From a virus (taxonomy: Duplodnaviria > Heunggongvirae > Uroviricota > Caudoviricetes): a DNA stretch of 37,921 nucleotides. Shown here in pieces: positions 18,660-27,825 of the stretch (positions within the stretch are counted from its first letter, which is position 1; every line of letters begins with the position of its first letter). The DNA lies in the IMG/VR virus record IMGVR_UViG_2734482770_000007. The stretch is one strand, 5' to 3'. The notes below the pieces were generated by a model, which did not search any database, had not been told where the DNA came from, and saw only the letters and a list, made by a program, of their open reading frames with translations. Both the position numbers and the translations under genes were made by a program.

Positions 18660-19152
18660 ACGCTGCCTTGTCGGGACCGTGCTGGCTATTGCTGCCACGC
18701 TGCCGGGTTTTCAGCAGCTTCACACCTCCGTGGAGGGGCTGAAACTGATTGCCGATTACGAAGGCTGTCGTCTGCAGCCGTATCAGTGCAGCGCGGGTGT
18801 ATGGACTGACGGCATTGGTAATACATCTGGCGTCATTCCCGGCAAAACCATTACGGAACGACAGGCAGCAGAAGGGCTTATCTCCAACGTGCTGCGTGTG
18901 GAGCGGTCACTGGAAAGGTGTGTGAAGCAACAGCCACCGCAGAAAGTGTATGACGCGGTGGTGTCATTTGCCTTCAACGTGGGGACAGGTAATGCCTGCA
19001 GCTCCACGCTGGTGAAATTACTCAATCAGCGGCGCTGGGCGGATGCGTGCCGACAGTTGCCGCGCTGGGTTTACGTGAAAGGTGTGTTTAATCAGGGGCT
19101 GGATAACCGCCGTGCGCGGGAGATGGCCTGGTGCTTACAGGGAGCAAACTGA
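18640..19152 (+). CDS. K: Endolysin, T4-lysozyme-like (GH24) with N-terminal signal-anchor (SAR-type)
   Basis: LKLIADYEGCRLQPYQCSAGVWTDGIGNT matches the catalytic E-x8-D/C-x5-T region of phage lysozymes; hydrophobic N-terminus CLVGTVLAIAATLPGF. Confidence 0.85.
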   Translation: MNPSIVKRCLVGTVLAIAATLPGFQQLHTSVEGLKLIADYEGCRLQPYQCSAGVWTDGIGNTSGVIPGKTITERQAAEGLISNVLRVERSLERCVKQQPPQKVYDAVVSFAFNVGTGNACSSTLVKLLNQRRWADACRQLPRWVYVKGVFNQGLDNRRAREMAWCLQGAN

Positions 19153-19153
19153 A

Positions 19154-19531
19154 ATGAAAAAGAAATTAATCAGCGGGCTGTTTCTGATGTTATGGATGGC
19201 GCTGTTAATCGAAGCAATGGTGTATCCGCAGGGGATTTTTCCGGTACTGGCAGCGTCCGGCGTTTGGGTAGCCTGTTTGCTGACATGGGCGGTAATTCCG
19301 GTAGCACTGGCTGCGTTAATTAAGAATGGCCCGCTCTGGCAGGAGTTGAGGGCATCTTTGCTGAAGACAATTACCCGAAAAGAAAACGTATTTATCAGCT
19401 GGGTGATGCGATTGCTGATTGTCGTCAGTCTCGCCTGGACGGGGTGGGCTATTACCCTGGTCTTTTATCTGCTGACCGTTATTGCCTTCTGGATGACCCG
19501 TAATCAGATTGCGCAACAGGTATCTGCATGA
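19154..19531 (+). CDS. lysA: LysA-like membrane protein (lysis timing)
   Basis: Multi-pass hydrophobic 125-aa product from ATG 19154 (MKKKLISGLFLML...); position as P2 lysA. Confidence 0.55.
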   Translation: MKKKLISGLFLMLWMALLIEAMVYPQGIFPVLAASGVWVACLLTWAVIPVALAALIKNGPLWQELRASLLKTITRKENVFISWVMRLLIVVSLAWTGWAITLVFYLLTVIAFWMTRNQIAQQVSA

Positions 19532-19956
19532 ACCGGTTGCTGCTGGTTGTGCTGGCGTTATTACTGGCGGCGCTGGGCTGGCAGACGTGGCGGCTGGCTG
19601 ATGCCAGCCAGACCATCAGCACGCAGGCAGACGAGCTGCAGAGCAAAAGCCAGGCACTGGCAAAGAGCAACAGCCAGCTTATCAGCCTGTCCATTCTGAC
19701 TGAAACCAATAACCGGGAGCAGGCGCGGCTCTATGCCGACGCAGAACAGACCAGCGCGCAGCTGAGACAACGACAACACCGAATTGAGGAACTGAAGCGT
19801 GAGAACGAGGGTTTACGCCGCTGGGCTGATACTCCTTTGCCTGCTGACATTATCCGGCTGCGGGAACGTCCGGCACTCACCGGAGGTGCAGCTTACCGTC
19901 AGTGGTTGTCCGCGAGTGACGCCGTGTCGGCTGGATCAGGCAGCGCCGCGCACTAA
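19528..19956 (+). CDS. lysB: Rz-like i-spanin (LysB)
   Basis: N-terminal TM helix then coiled-coil-rich periplasmic domain; contains embedded +1-frame lipoprotein gene. Confidence 0.65.
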   Translation: MNRLLLVVLALLLAALGWQTWRLADASQTISTQADELQSKSQALAKSNSQLISLSILTETNNREQARLYADAEQTSAQLRQRQHRIEELKRENEGLRRWADTPLPADIIRLRERPALTGGAAYRQWLSASDAVSAGSGSAAH

Positions 19957-20089
19957 CGGTGATCTGAACGCGTTGCTGGATGAAACGGAGGCCGCCTGGG
20001 CGGTCTGTGCAGACAAAGTGGACATGATTATTGCGTGTCAGGAGCGAAACAGTGAACAAACCACAATCCCTGCGCCACGCCCTCAATAA
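19799..20089 (+). CDS. lysC: Rz1-like o-spanin lipoprotein (LysC), embedded in lysB and overlapping R
   Basis: +1 frame inside lysB; lipobox LTLSGC after hydrophobic signal; Pro-rich mature part. Confidence 0.6.
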   Translation: MRTRVYAAGLILLCLLTLSGCGNVRHSPEVQLTVSGCPRVTPCRLDQAAPRTNGDLNALLDETEAAWAVCADKVDMIIACQERNSEQTTIPAPRPQ

Positions 20090-20483
20090 AGCGGTGCCTT
20101 ATGTCCGCAATAACCCGGACAAACTGCATCTGTTTGTGGATAACGGTTCGCTGGTTGCCACGGGGGCCAACTCCATGTCGTGGGAGTACCGTTACACCCT
20201 GAACGCGGTGATTGAGGATTTCAGCGGCGACCAGAATCTGCTGATGGCCCCGGTTTTGCTGTGGCTGAGGGATAACCAGCCCGATGCCATCAATAACCCG
20301 GCGTTACGGGAAAAACTATTCACCTTTGAGGTGGATATTCTGCGCAACGATGTCTGTGATATCAGTCTGAACCTGCAACTGACGGAGCGTGTGCTGGTCA
20401 GCACTGACGGTAGTGTGTCGAGCGTTGAAGCTATAGCGGAACCTGATGAACCTGAAGAAATGTGGACGGTGAAACGTGGCTGA
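20031..20483 (+). CDS. R: Tail completion protein (P2 gpR family)
   Basis: 150 aa; synteny and size. Confidence 0.75.
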   Translation: MRVRSETVNKPQSLRHALNKAVPYVRNNPDKLHLFVDNGSLVATGANSMSWEYRYTLNAVIEDFSGDQNLLMAPVLLWLRDNQPDAINNPALREKLFTFEVDILRNDVCDISLNLQLTERVLVSTDGSVSSVEAIAEPDEPEEMWTVKRG

Positions 20484-20922
20484 ACTGCAGAAAGTGGACG
20501 ACTGGCTGAGTGCCTTGCTGGCGAATCTGGAGCCAGCCGCAAGAAGCCGCATGATGCGCCAGCTGGCGCAGGAACTGCGCCGGATACAGCAGCAGAACAT
20601 CAGGATGCAACGCAATCCAGATGGCAGTAGTTATGAACCGCGACGGGTAACAGCACGCAGTAAAAAGGGGCGCATCAAACGTCAGATGTTTGCAAAGCTG
20701 CGAACCACAAAATACCTGAAAACTGCCGCCAGCGCCGATTCTGCCAGCGTGCAGTTTGAAGGCAAGGTACAGCGCATTGCCCGTGTTCACCATTACGGCT
20801 TGCGTGATCGCGTCAGCCGTAAGGGGCCACAGATACGTTATGCTAAACGTAGGTTACTTGGAATTTATGATACTGATTTTGATATTATAGAAGAGATAAT
20901 CATAAATTTTTTGATTCGTTAG
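20476..20922 (+). CDS. S: Tail completion protein (P2 gpS family)
   Basis: 148 aa; synteny and size; 3' end overlaps convergent cargo gene. Confidence 0.75.
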   Translation: MAELQKVDDWLSALLANLEPAARSRMMRQLAQELRRIQQQNIRMQRNPDGSSYEPRRVTARSKKGRIKRQMFAKLRTTKYLKTAASADSASVQFEGKVQRIARVHHYGLRDRVSRKGPQIRYAKRRLLGIYDTDFDIIEEIIINFLIR

Positions 20923-22081
20923 ATTCATTAATTTTCTTAAAGTATGAGTCTATTTTTTCAATTAATAAATTGATGCTTTTTATAAATTCTTTTGTTTCTT
21001 TCTCTGTTGGTTCATGTGATGTATGAGCTATTTTGTCACGTAATTCTTTCCTGTTTTTATTTGCATGTTGCCACTCAAGTGGCGCAATTTCGGGTACAGA
21101 GATGTTAAAGAGTTGTTTGAATAGTTTTTTACATCTATCATCGAACTTCCAGTTTTTATTTAATGTTTCTTTTGTCTGGCATTCATTGATACCATTGCGA
21201 TGAAAGGCATTAATAATTTTTCTGAGAATATAGCTTTCAAGGCCTGCTGATGCTTCAATTACGGCTGATCTAAATGCACCTTTATGAACAAGATTGTCTG
21301 CTCTAATCAATAATAGTTCAGGATGTTCATTGAATTCATTTGACATTAAACGTTTTTTGAAATTATCAATGAGACTTTCATCGTGTTTATACCAGCTTTC
21401 TCTCATTAATGGGGTGATTACTCCAACTAAAGGAATTGCACTTATCTTAATACCATCGCAATAATGCTCTTGTAACACTCCGTTGGTAAATCCTGAGCCA
21501 ACTTGATAAAGAGATATCTCGTCTGCAAATTGATCTTTAAAGGCAACTCTATACTGTTTTATAAAGTGGTTTATTATTCCGATACATTCCTCTGATCTTT
21601 TAGGTGGAAATATCTCTCTAGCAGTTTTTATTTTTCTCTCTAACTCTATTTTTTTATCTATATCTTGCTGGCTCATTTTGGATAGGAGCATCTCAGCATC
21701 TTCCACAGATGGGAAGTTATCTTCTTTCCTTATTTGGTTTCTTATAGAGTTGATTAGTTCTTCATGTGATATTTCTAAAAGGTCAAAACATTCCCAATAG
21801 TTGGCGAGAGAAATAATAGTCCGGCATTTCATTATCCCTCTTTCATTTGTGTGATGTGGTAGTAGTTGTTCTCTGGTACCGATTAATAGGGTTTGAGGGA
21901 ATAAGCTTGCATCTTTAAATAGTGCATAGTAATCGTTGTGAACTGTTAAGCGTAAATGGTTATTTTCATATAGAAAATCATAATCACCATCTGGAATATT
22001 GAGGACATAAGGCAACTCGACCAAGTAACGTGCAGCAAAGATCATTTCAGTCATCTCCATATGAGAATTCAATTGTGCCAA
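20900..22081 (-). CDS. Cargo protein of unknown function in the S-V (orf30-equivalent) locus; C-terminal HEPN-like Rx4H motif
   Basis: 393-aa ORF, strongly AT-rich by eye, antisense to flanking late genes; C-terminal KELRDKIAHTSHEP fits R-x4-H; no other recognisable motif. Confidence 0.7.
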   Translation of the reverse strand: MAQLNSHMEMTEMIFAARYLVELPYVLNIPDGDYDFLYENNHLRLTVHNDYYALFKDASLFPQTLLIGTREQLLPHHTNERGIMKCRTIISLANYWECFDLLEISHEELINSIRNQIRKEDNFPSVEDAEMLLSKMSQQDIDKKIELERKIKTAREIFPPKRSEECIGIINHFIKQYRVAFKDQFADEISLYQVGSGFTNGVLQEHYCDGIKISAIPLVGVITPLMRESWYKHDESLIDNFKKRLMSNEFNEHPELLLIRADNLVHKGAFRSAVIEASAGLESYILRKIINAFHRNGINECQTKETLNKNWKFDDRCKKLFKQLFNISVPEIAPLEWQHANKNRKELRDKIAHTSHEPTEKETKEFIKSINLLIEKIDSYFKKINESNESKNL

Positions 22082-22091
22082 AAATCATACA
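22074..22091. promoter_or_regulatory. Late-promoter activator box TGT-N12-ACA upstream of V
   Basis: TGTGCCAAAAATCATACA read directly; overlaps the start codon region of the divergent cargo gene. Confidence 0.5.
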
Positions 22092-22136
22092 CTGCCACAA
22101 CGATGAAAAAAAATCTTGCTTTGCAACTATAGAAGG

Positions 22137-22715
22137 ATGAATGCACAACTAACCGAAATCATGCGCCTTATCACCAACCTGATCCGCACTGGTGTAGTCA
22201 CCGAAGTGGACAGGGAAAACTGGCTTTGCCGGGTGAAAACAGGCGACTTAGAAACCAACTGGATCAGCTGGCTGACCCTGCGTGCCGGGAATGCCCGGAC
22301 ATGGTGGCGACCATCGGAAGGTGAGCAGGTGGTGCTGCTGAGTCTGGGCGGCAATCTGGAGACCGCCTTTGCGCTGCCCGCTGTCTATTCGAATCAGTTC
22401 GCACCACCGTCGACGTCGGCGGACGCCTGCGTGACAGAACATCCTGACGGTGGCTGGTTTGAATACGAACCCGCCACCGGGCGCTGGTATGTCAGGGGCA
22501 TCAAATCCATGGTTATTGAGGCTGCCGACAATATCACCCTGAAAACCAGTGAGTTTGTGCTGGAGGCTGACCGCACGCGTATTAATAGTGAAGTAGTGAT
22601 CAATGGCGGCGTTACCCAGGGCGGCGGTGCAATGAGTTCTAACGGAATTGTGGTTGATGCACATCAGCATACTGGCGTCCTGAAAGGCGGCGACACAACC
22701 GGAGGCCCGGTATGA
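22137..22715 (+). CDS. V: Baseplate spike/assembly protein (P2 gpV family)
   Basis: Start at ATG 22137 after AGAAGG; 192 aa; first gene of V-W-J-I-H block. Confidence 0.8.
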   Translation: MNAQLTEIMRLITNLIRTGVVTEVDRENWLCRVKTGDLETNWISWLTLRAGNARTWWRPSEGEQVVLLSLGGNLETAFALPAVYSNQFAPPSTSADACVTEHPDGGWFEYEPATGRWYVRGIKSMVIEAADNITLKTSEFVLEADRTRINSEVVINGGVTQGGGAMSSNGIVVDAHQHTGVLKGGDTTGGPV

Positions 22716-23071
22716 CGCTTTATAGCGGGATGAACAATACCAGCGGCAAAGTCATTACTGATATTGACCATCTGCGCCAGTCGGTGCGGGACATTCTGCT
22801 GACGCCGCAGGGTAGCCGCATTGCCCGTCGGGAATATGGTTCCCTACTGTCGGCACTGATAGATCAGCCACAAAATCCGGCATTACGCCTGCAGGTCATG
22901 TCGGCAGTGTATGTGGCGCTGAGTCGCTGGGAGCCACGGCTGACGCTGGATTCCATCACCATCAACAGCAACTTTGACGGTTCTATGGTGGTGGAGCTGA
23001 CCGGGCGGCGGAATAACGGTGTGCCTGTGTCCCTTTCCGTATCAACAGGAGCAGAGAATGGCAGTGATTGA
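22712..23071 (+). CDS. W: Baseplate wedge protein (P2 gpW / gp25-like)
   Basis: 119 aa; overlaps V stop; synteny. Confidence 0.8.
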   Translation: MTLYSGMNNTSGKVITDIDHLRQSVRDILLTPQGSRIARREYGSLLSALIDQPQNPALRLQVMSAVYVALSRWEPRLTLDSITINSNFDGSMVVELTGRRNNGVPVSLSVSTGAENGSD

Positions 23072-23966
23072 CCTTTCGCAGTTGCCTGCACCGCAGATTG
23101 TGGATGTGCCGGACTTTGAGACGCTGCTTGCCGAACGCAAGGCAGAATTTGTGGCGCTTCATCCGAAAGATGAGCAGGAAGCCGTGATCCGCACGCTGGA
23201 ACTGGAATCTGAACCCGTCACTAAATTGTTGCAGGAGAACGCTTACCGTGAGTTGCTTCTGCGCCAGCGCATTAACGAAGCCGCGCAGGCGGTGATGGTG
23301 GCTTACGCGATGGGCGGCGATCTTGACCAGCTCGCTGCCAACTACAACGTGACACGCCTGACGGTGACGCCTGCTGATAATGATGCTGTGCCGCCCGTTG
23401 CAGCTGTGATGGAAAGCGATGAAGCGTTACGCCTGCGTGTGCCTGCAGCCTTTGAAGGGCTTTCTGTTGCGGGGCCAACTGCAGCTTATGAATTTCATGC
23501 CCGAAGCGCCGACGGTCGGGTGGCGGATGCCAGTGCAACCAGCCCGGCACCTGCAGAGGTGGTGCTGACTGTCCTTAGCCGCGAAGGCGATGGAACTGCA
23601 GAAAAAGACCTGCTGGACGTGGTGGAAAAAGCTCTGAACAGTGAGAACGTCCGCCCGGTGGCTGACCGTCTGAGGGTTCGCAGCGCAGAAATCATCCCGT
23701 ATCGCGTGGAAGCCACCATTTTTCTCTATCCGGGACCGGAAGCAGAGCCGGTAATGGCAGCGGCAAAAGCCAGCCTGCAGAAGTACATCGCCAGTCAGAC
23801 GCGTCTTGGTCGGGATATTCGCCGTAGCGCCATCTTTGCCGCCCTGCATGTTGAGGGTGTGCAGCGTGTGGAGCTGGCTTCTCCTCTGGCGGATGTGGTC
23901 CTGAACAAAACACAGGCGGCATCATGTACGCAGTGGAGCGTAACCAACGGAGGAACGGATGAATAG
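23058..23966 (+). CDS. J: Baseplate protein J
   Basis: Start at ATG 23058 (MAVIDLSQLPAP...) matching P2 J N-terminus pattern; 302 aa. Confidence 0.85.
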   Translation: MAVIDLSQLPAPQIVDVPDFETLLAERKAEFVALHPKDEQEAVIRTLELESEPVTKLLQENAYRELLLRQRINEAAQAVMVAYAMGGDLDQLAANYNVTRLTVTPADNDAVPPVAAVMESDEALRLRVPAAFEGLSVAGPTAAYEFHARSADGRVADASATSPAPAEVVLTVLSREGDGTAEKDLLDVVEKALNSENVRPVADRLRVRSAEIIPYRVEATIFLYPGPEAEPVMAAAKASLQKYIASQTRLGRDIRRSAIFAALHVEGVQRVELASPLADVVLNKTQAASCTQWSVTNGGTDE

Positions 23967-24564
23967 TCTGCTGCCACCGGGTTCAACTTCACTGGAGCGC
24001 CGACTGGCGCAAACCTGTAGCGGGATTTCTGATCTGCAGGTGCCGCTGCGTGACTTGTGGAATCCGGCTACCTGTCCGGTCAGCTTCCTGCCTTATCTCG
24101 CCTGGGCGTTCTCTGTGGATCGCTGGGACGAGGGCTGGACAGAAAGCGTCAAACGCCAGGTAGTGAAGGATGCTTTTTATATTCATCAGCATAAAGGGAC
24201 CACCAGTGCCGTGCGGCGGGTGGTGGAGCCGTTCGGCTTTCTGATCCGCATTATTGAGTGGTGGCAGACCGGAGAGGCACCGGGCACGTTTCGCCTGGAT
24301 ATCGGCGTGCAGGACCAGGGCATCACTGAAGATACCTATCTGGAACTTGAGCGACTGATAAGCGATGCCAAACCATGTAGCCGCCACATGATCGGCATGT
24401 CCATCAATCTGCAGACCAGCGGCCCGCATTGGGTGGGAGCCGCCAGCTATCTTGGTGAAGAAATCACGATCTATCCGTATATCAACGAAACAATTATTTC
24501 CGGCGGCACCGCGCATGAAGGCGGGGCGGTCCATGTTATTGACACAATGAGAGTGAATCCATGA
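23959..24564 (+). CDS. I: Baseplate/tail-fibre attachment protein (P2 gpI family)
   Basis: 201 aa; overlaps J stop and H start. Confidence 0.75.
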   Translation: MNSLLPPGSTSLERRLAQTCSGISDLQVPLRDLWNPATCPVSFLPYLAWAFSVDRWDEGWTESVKRQVVKDAFYIHQHKGTTSAVRRVVEPFGFLIRIIEWWQTGEAPGTFRLDIGVQDQGITEDTYLELERLISDAKPCSRHMIGMSINLQTSGPHWVGAASYLGEEITIYPYINETIISGGTAHEGGAVHVIDTMRVNP

Positions 24565-26045
24565 GCACAAAATTTTATACCCTGCTGACGGATATTGGCG
24601 CGGCGAAACTTGCCAGCGCCGCCGCGCTCGGTGTGCCGCTAAAAATTACCCATATGGCGGTGGGCGATGGCGGCGGAGCATTGCCGACGCCGGACGCAAA
24701 GCAGACGGCACTGGTAAATGAGAAACGCCGGGCTGCGCTGAATATGCTCTATATCGACCCGCAGAACAGCAGCCAGATTATTGCTGAACAGGTGATCCCT
24801 GAAAATGAGGGTGGTTGGTGGATACGTGAAGTGGGTCTGTTTGATGAGTCCGGGGCATTGATTGCCGTAGGCAACTGCCCGGAAAGCTATAAGCCGCAAC
24901 TGGCTGAAGGCAGCGGGCGCACCCAGACCGTGCGCATGGTGCTGATTACCAGCAGCACGGACAATATCACCCTGAAAATCGACCCTGCCGTCGTGCTGGC
25001 AACCCGCAAGTATGTGGATGACAAGGTACTGGAGCTGAAGGTGTTCGTGGATGATAAGATGGCAAAACATCTTGCCGCACCGGACCCGCATTCACAGTAT
25101 GCATCTAAAGAAAGCCCGACATTGACCGGAACACCCAAAGCGCCAACGCCAGCGGAGGGGAATAACACCACGCAGATTGCGACCACCGCGTTTGTTCAGG
25201 CCGCTATTACTGCTCTGATTAACGGTGCGCCAGCCACGCTGGACACACTGAAAGAAATTGCCGCAGCCATTAACAATGACCCGAAATTCAGTACCACCAT
25301 TAACAATGCGCTGGCACTAAAAGCACCGCTGTCGAGTCCGGCACTCACCGGAACGCCAACAGCACCTACTGCGGCACAGTCGGTCAACAATACACAGATT
25401 GCCACTACAGCTTTTGTGAAATCAGCGATTGCAGCAATGGTGGGTTCTGCACCTGCGGCACTGGATACACTGAACGAACTGGCGGCGGCGCTGGGGAATG
25501 ACCCGAACTTTGCCACGACAATGCTTAATGCACTGGCAGGTAAACAACCGCTGGACAATACGCTGACTAATTTGAGTGGAAAGGATGTAGCTGGTCTTCT
25601 CACATACCTTCAATTGGGAGAAGCGGCAAAACGGGATGTCGGAACCGGTAATAATCAACTCCCGGACATGTCCGCATTTGGTATGTCGCGAAACGGACAA
25701 ACTACCTGGGATATTCTCCCAAATGGTATGATTCGACAGGCTGGCACTGTGACACTGACACCAGTTGGTAACTTCAACTCGCAGGTGCTTGGTGGGGTGA
25801 CGTACTACACCCATTACTACAGGGTTAATTTCCCCAGACAATTCCCAAATGCACAAATAGCAACGCTGGCAACACTAGCGAGTTACAGCTATTCGACCCA
25901 GGCAACAATGGCCGGAAAATCACTGGCAACGCATCGCGATACTGATTCTGGCACTGACGTATCAAGAACGCGATTCACTGTGGCGTATACGACACCCAAT
26001 CTCGGCGAAACACCGACACTGCATTTTGAAGCAATAGGATACTAA
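24561..26045 (+). CDS. H: Tail fibre protein (P2 gpH family), C-terminal domain within invertible segment
   Basis: 494 aa; internal tandem fibre repeats; hix-like crossover site at codons 346-354. Confidence 0.85.
   Translation: MSTKFYTLLTDIGAAKLASAAALGVPLKITHMAVGDGGGALPTPDAKQTALVNEKRRAALNMLYIDPQNSSQIIAEQVIPENEGGWWIREVGLFDESGALIAVGNCPESYKPQLAEGSGRTQTVRMVLITSSTDNITLKIDPAVVLATRKYVDDKVLELKVFVDDKMAKHLAAPDPHSQYASKESPTLTGTPKAPTPAEGNNTTQIATTAFVQAAITALINGAPATLDTLKEIAAAINNDPKFSTTINNALALKAPLSSPALTGTPTAPTAAQSVNNTQIATTAFVKSAIAAMVGSAPAALDTLNELAAALGNDPNFATTMLNALAGKQPLDNTLTNLSGKDVAGLLTYLQLGEAAKRDVGTGNNQLPDMSAFGMSRNGQTTWDILPNGMIRQAGTVTLTPVGNFNSQVLGGVTYYTHYYRVNFPRQFPNAQIATLATLASYSYSTQATMAGKSLATHRDTDSGTDVSRTRFTVAYTTPNLGETPTLHFEAIGY
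25113..25556 (+). repeat. Tandem in-frame repeat (two copies of about 74 codons) within tail fibre gene
   Basis: Protein segments SPTLTGTPKAP...NNTTQIATTAFVQAAI...LDTLKEIAAAINNDPKF and SPALTGTPTAP...NNTQIATTAFVKSAI...LDTLNELAAALGNDPNF are clearly paralogous. Confidence 0.55.
25597..25622. promoter_or_regulatory. hix/gix-like 26-bp invertase crossover site (left), core TT
   Basis: TTCTCACATACC TT CAATTGGGAGAA; imperfect dyad resembling Hin hixR; inverted partner at 27131-27156 (19 of 26 identical in inverted orientation). Confidence 0.55.
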
Positions 26046-26047
26046 AT

Positions 26048-26281
26048 ATGGAGAATATCTATTTCAGCCCAACGACCGTTGGTTTTTATGTTTCTGAACA
26101 AGAGCGACCTGATGATGCGGTTGAAGTCTCGCCAGAGGTGGAGGCATTTTTGAGGGAGTGTGTTATCTGGGGAGCGGATACATTTAACGTAGAGCGAGAT
26201 GCAGCAACGGTGACATATCCAACAGAACTGCTTGAATATGTCACCACCTACAACGCCCCCGTTAAATATCCTGCGGATTGA
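26048..26281 (+). CDS. Small protein immediately downstream of H, possible fibre chaperone for current orientation
   Basis: 77-aa ORF starting 2 nt after H stop (TAA-NN-ATG), same arrangement as the inverted cassette; no recognisable tfa motif. Confidence 0.4.
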   Translation: MENIYFSPTTVGFYVSEQERPDDAVEVSPEVEAFLRECVIWGADTFNVERDAATVTYPTELLEYVTTYNAPVKYPAD

Positions 26282-26672
26282 CAGGCCATACGGGTTTGGC
26301 TGTATCAACGCGCATCAGCAAGACCCGGTATTTTTTCCATTCAGATAACGCGGCGGTTTCTTCTGCCGTCGCGATTTCCGCATCAAAAGCATCCTGTCTC
26401 CAGACTATTTCCTTATCAGCCATAGAACGCAATACCGTTCTTTTCTGTTCAGCCTGAATAATCTGTTGTTCAGCGGAGAGTGGCGGGATATCAATCCACT
26501 CAGGATTACCATTTTTATCAGCCCCCAGCGTTTTGCCTTGTGGCGCTACGCCTGTGTAAATTGCCATTGTTTCATCATCAACATCAACGCCATTTTCAGG
26601 CCATGAACCGGCGCTGATATATACCTCTTTTAGTGCTTTCGGATAGAAAGAGCCTTTATAAAATTTATTCAT
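26262..26672 (-). CDS. Tail fibre assembly protein (Tfa), paired with the alternative fibre cassette
   Basis: C-terminal [32 protein letters not shown] matches conserved Tfa C-terminus (lambda Tfa [27 protein letters not shown]); start taken at ATG 26672, 2 nt after cassette stop (track start 26702). Confidence 0.7.
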   Translation of the reverse strand: [136 protein letters not shown]

Positions 26673-26674
26673 TC

Positions 26675-27184
26675 TTAATACCCCAGCGCGATAAAACAAC
26701 AATCTTCGGTGCCCTCTCCGGATGGCGACCAGTTCTGAATACTGATATGCGTTCTGCTGGCAATACGCACATTCATCGCGGCATTGTAGCCAGATGTTCC
26801 ACGGTTTCCGGTCGCAAATAAGCCTGCATAGGGAAAAGCAAATGGTAAGGCATATCCAGCATCAGCTCCCTTTTGTGTTGCCACCGTTCCCCACTGCAAC
26901 ATAAGTTTCACCGGGTTTCCTGTCGTCGCAATGCATGGAATGTAGATGTAGCCATTCCCTGACATCATTGACCTGAAGCTATCTAAATCCAGTAACTTCG
27001 AGGCATTATCTGCTCCAACATCTCGTGTTGCGGCGGTCCCTAACTGGAGCGTATTTCGGAAGGCTGATACATCAGAAATATCAGCTCCATTAGCCGATTT
27101 CTGCATAGCTCCGGAGGCTTTATTTATCGTTTCTCCCAAACCAACGTTTATGAAAATGCAGAGATAACGGCTAACTGGCATCAT
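26675..27184 (-). CDS. Alternative tail-fibre C-terminal cassette (promoterless in this orientation)
   Basis: Minus-strand ORF with LQLGTAATRDVG paralogous to H YLQLGEAAKRDVG; contains hix-like site near its 5' end, in the same codon phase as the site in H, so inversion would fuse it in frame to H codons 1-354. Confidence 0.6.
   Translation of the reverse strand: MMPVSRYLCIFINVGLGETINKASGAMQKSANGADISDVSAFRNTLQLGTAATRDVGADNASKLLDLDSFRSMMSGNGYIYIPCIATTGNPVKLMLQWGTVATQKGADAGYALPFAFPYAGLFATGNRGTSGYNAAMNVRIASRTHISIQNWSPSGEGTEDCCFIALGY
27131..27156. promoter_or_regulatory. hix/gix-like 26-bp invertase crossover site (right), core AA
   Basis: TTCTCCCAAACC AA CGTTTATGAAAA; about 20 of 26 match to Hin hixL as recalled (TTCTTGAAAACCAAGGTTTTTGATAA). 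Confidence 0.6.
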
Positions 27185-27205
27185 CTCCGGTTTTTATTCA
27201 GGGGG

Positions 27206-27777
27206 ATGATCATGCTTATTGGCTATGTACGCGTGTCAACAAATGACCAGAACACCGATTTGCAACGCAATGCACTGAACTGTGCGGGATGTGAGCGGAT
27301 TTTTGAGGATAAAATCAGTGGCACCAAGTCCGACAGACCGGGGCTGAAAAAGCTGCTCAGGACACTATCGGCAGGAGACACGCTGGTTGTCTGGAAGCTG
27401 GACAGACTGGGCGCAGTATGCGGCATCTTGTTACGCTGATAGAAGCGCTGCGCCAGCGTGGCGTGAATTTCCGAAGCCTGACTGACAGTATTGATACCAG
27501 CACCCCAATGGGCCGTTTCTTTTTTCATGTCATGGGTGCCCTGGCTGAAATGGAACGCGAACTGATAGTTGAACGTACCAGGGCGGGGCTGGCTGCAGCT
27601 CGTGCTAAAGGCAGAGTAGGTGGACGCCGTCCTAAGTTGACCAGCGAACAGTGGTCACAGATTGGGCGTTTACTCGAGGCCGGAGAATCAAGACAGCGTA
27701 TTGCACTGATTTTTGATGTAGGCGTTTCTACCATTTATCGAAAATTTCCGGCAAATAAGAACAATAAATCTCCCTGA
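27206..27777 (+). pseudogene. Serine DNA invertase (Hin/Gin/Cin/Pin family) disrupted by a 1-nt frameshift
   Basis: Two ORFs (27206..27439, 27418..27777) together align with Hin: MLIGYVRVSTNDQN (catalytic Ser), VVWKLDRLG then frame change to MRHLVTLIEAL...SLTDSIDTS...GRFFFHVMGALAEMERELIVERT...VSTIYR (HTH). Intact frame would need one extra base near 27412. Confidence 0.75.
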
Positions 27778-27825
27778 ATCAGCTTTATTTTGATTATCCC
27801 TGAAAGCAGACAAATACCGTCATTT

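Noticed and set aside
26675-27184. Independent 169-aa gene starting at the ATG at 27184
   Set aside because: No promoter or fibre N-terminal domain; its 5' end contains the hix-like site in phase with H, so it is better explained as an alternative C-terminal cassette.
27206-27777. Two separate small genes (77 aa and 119 aa)
   Set aside because: Together they align colinearly with a single Hin-type invertase, with the frame changing at one point; annotated as one frameshifted gene.
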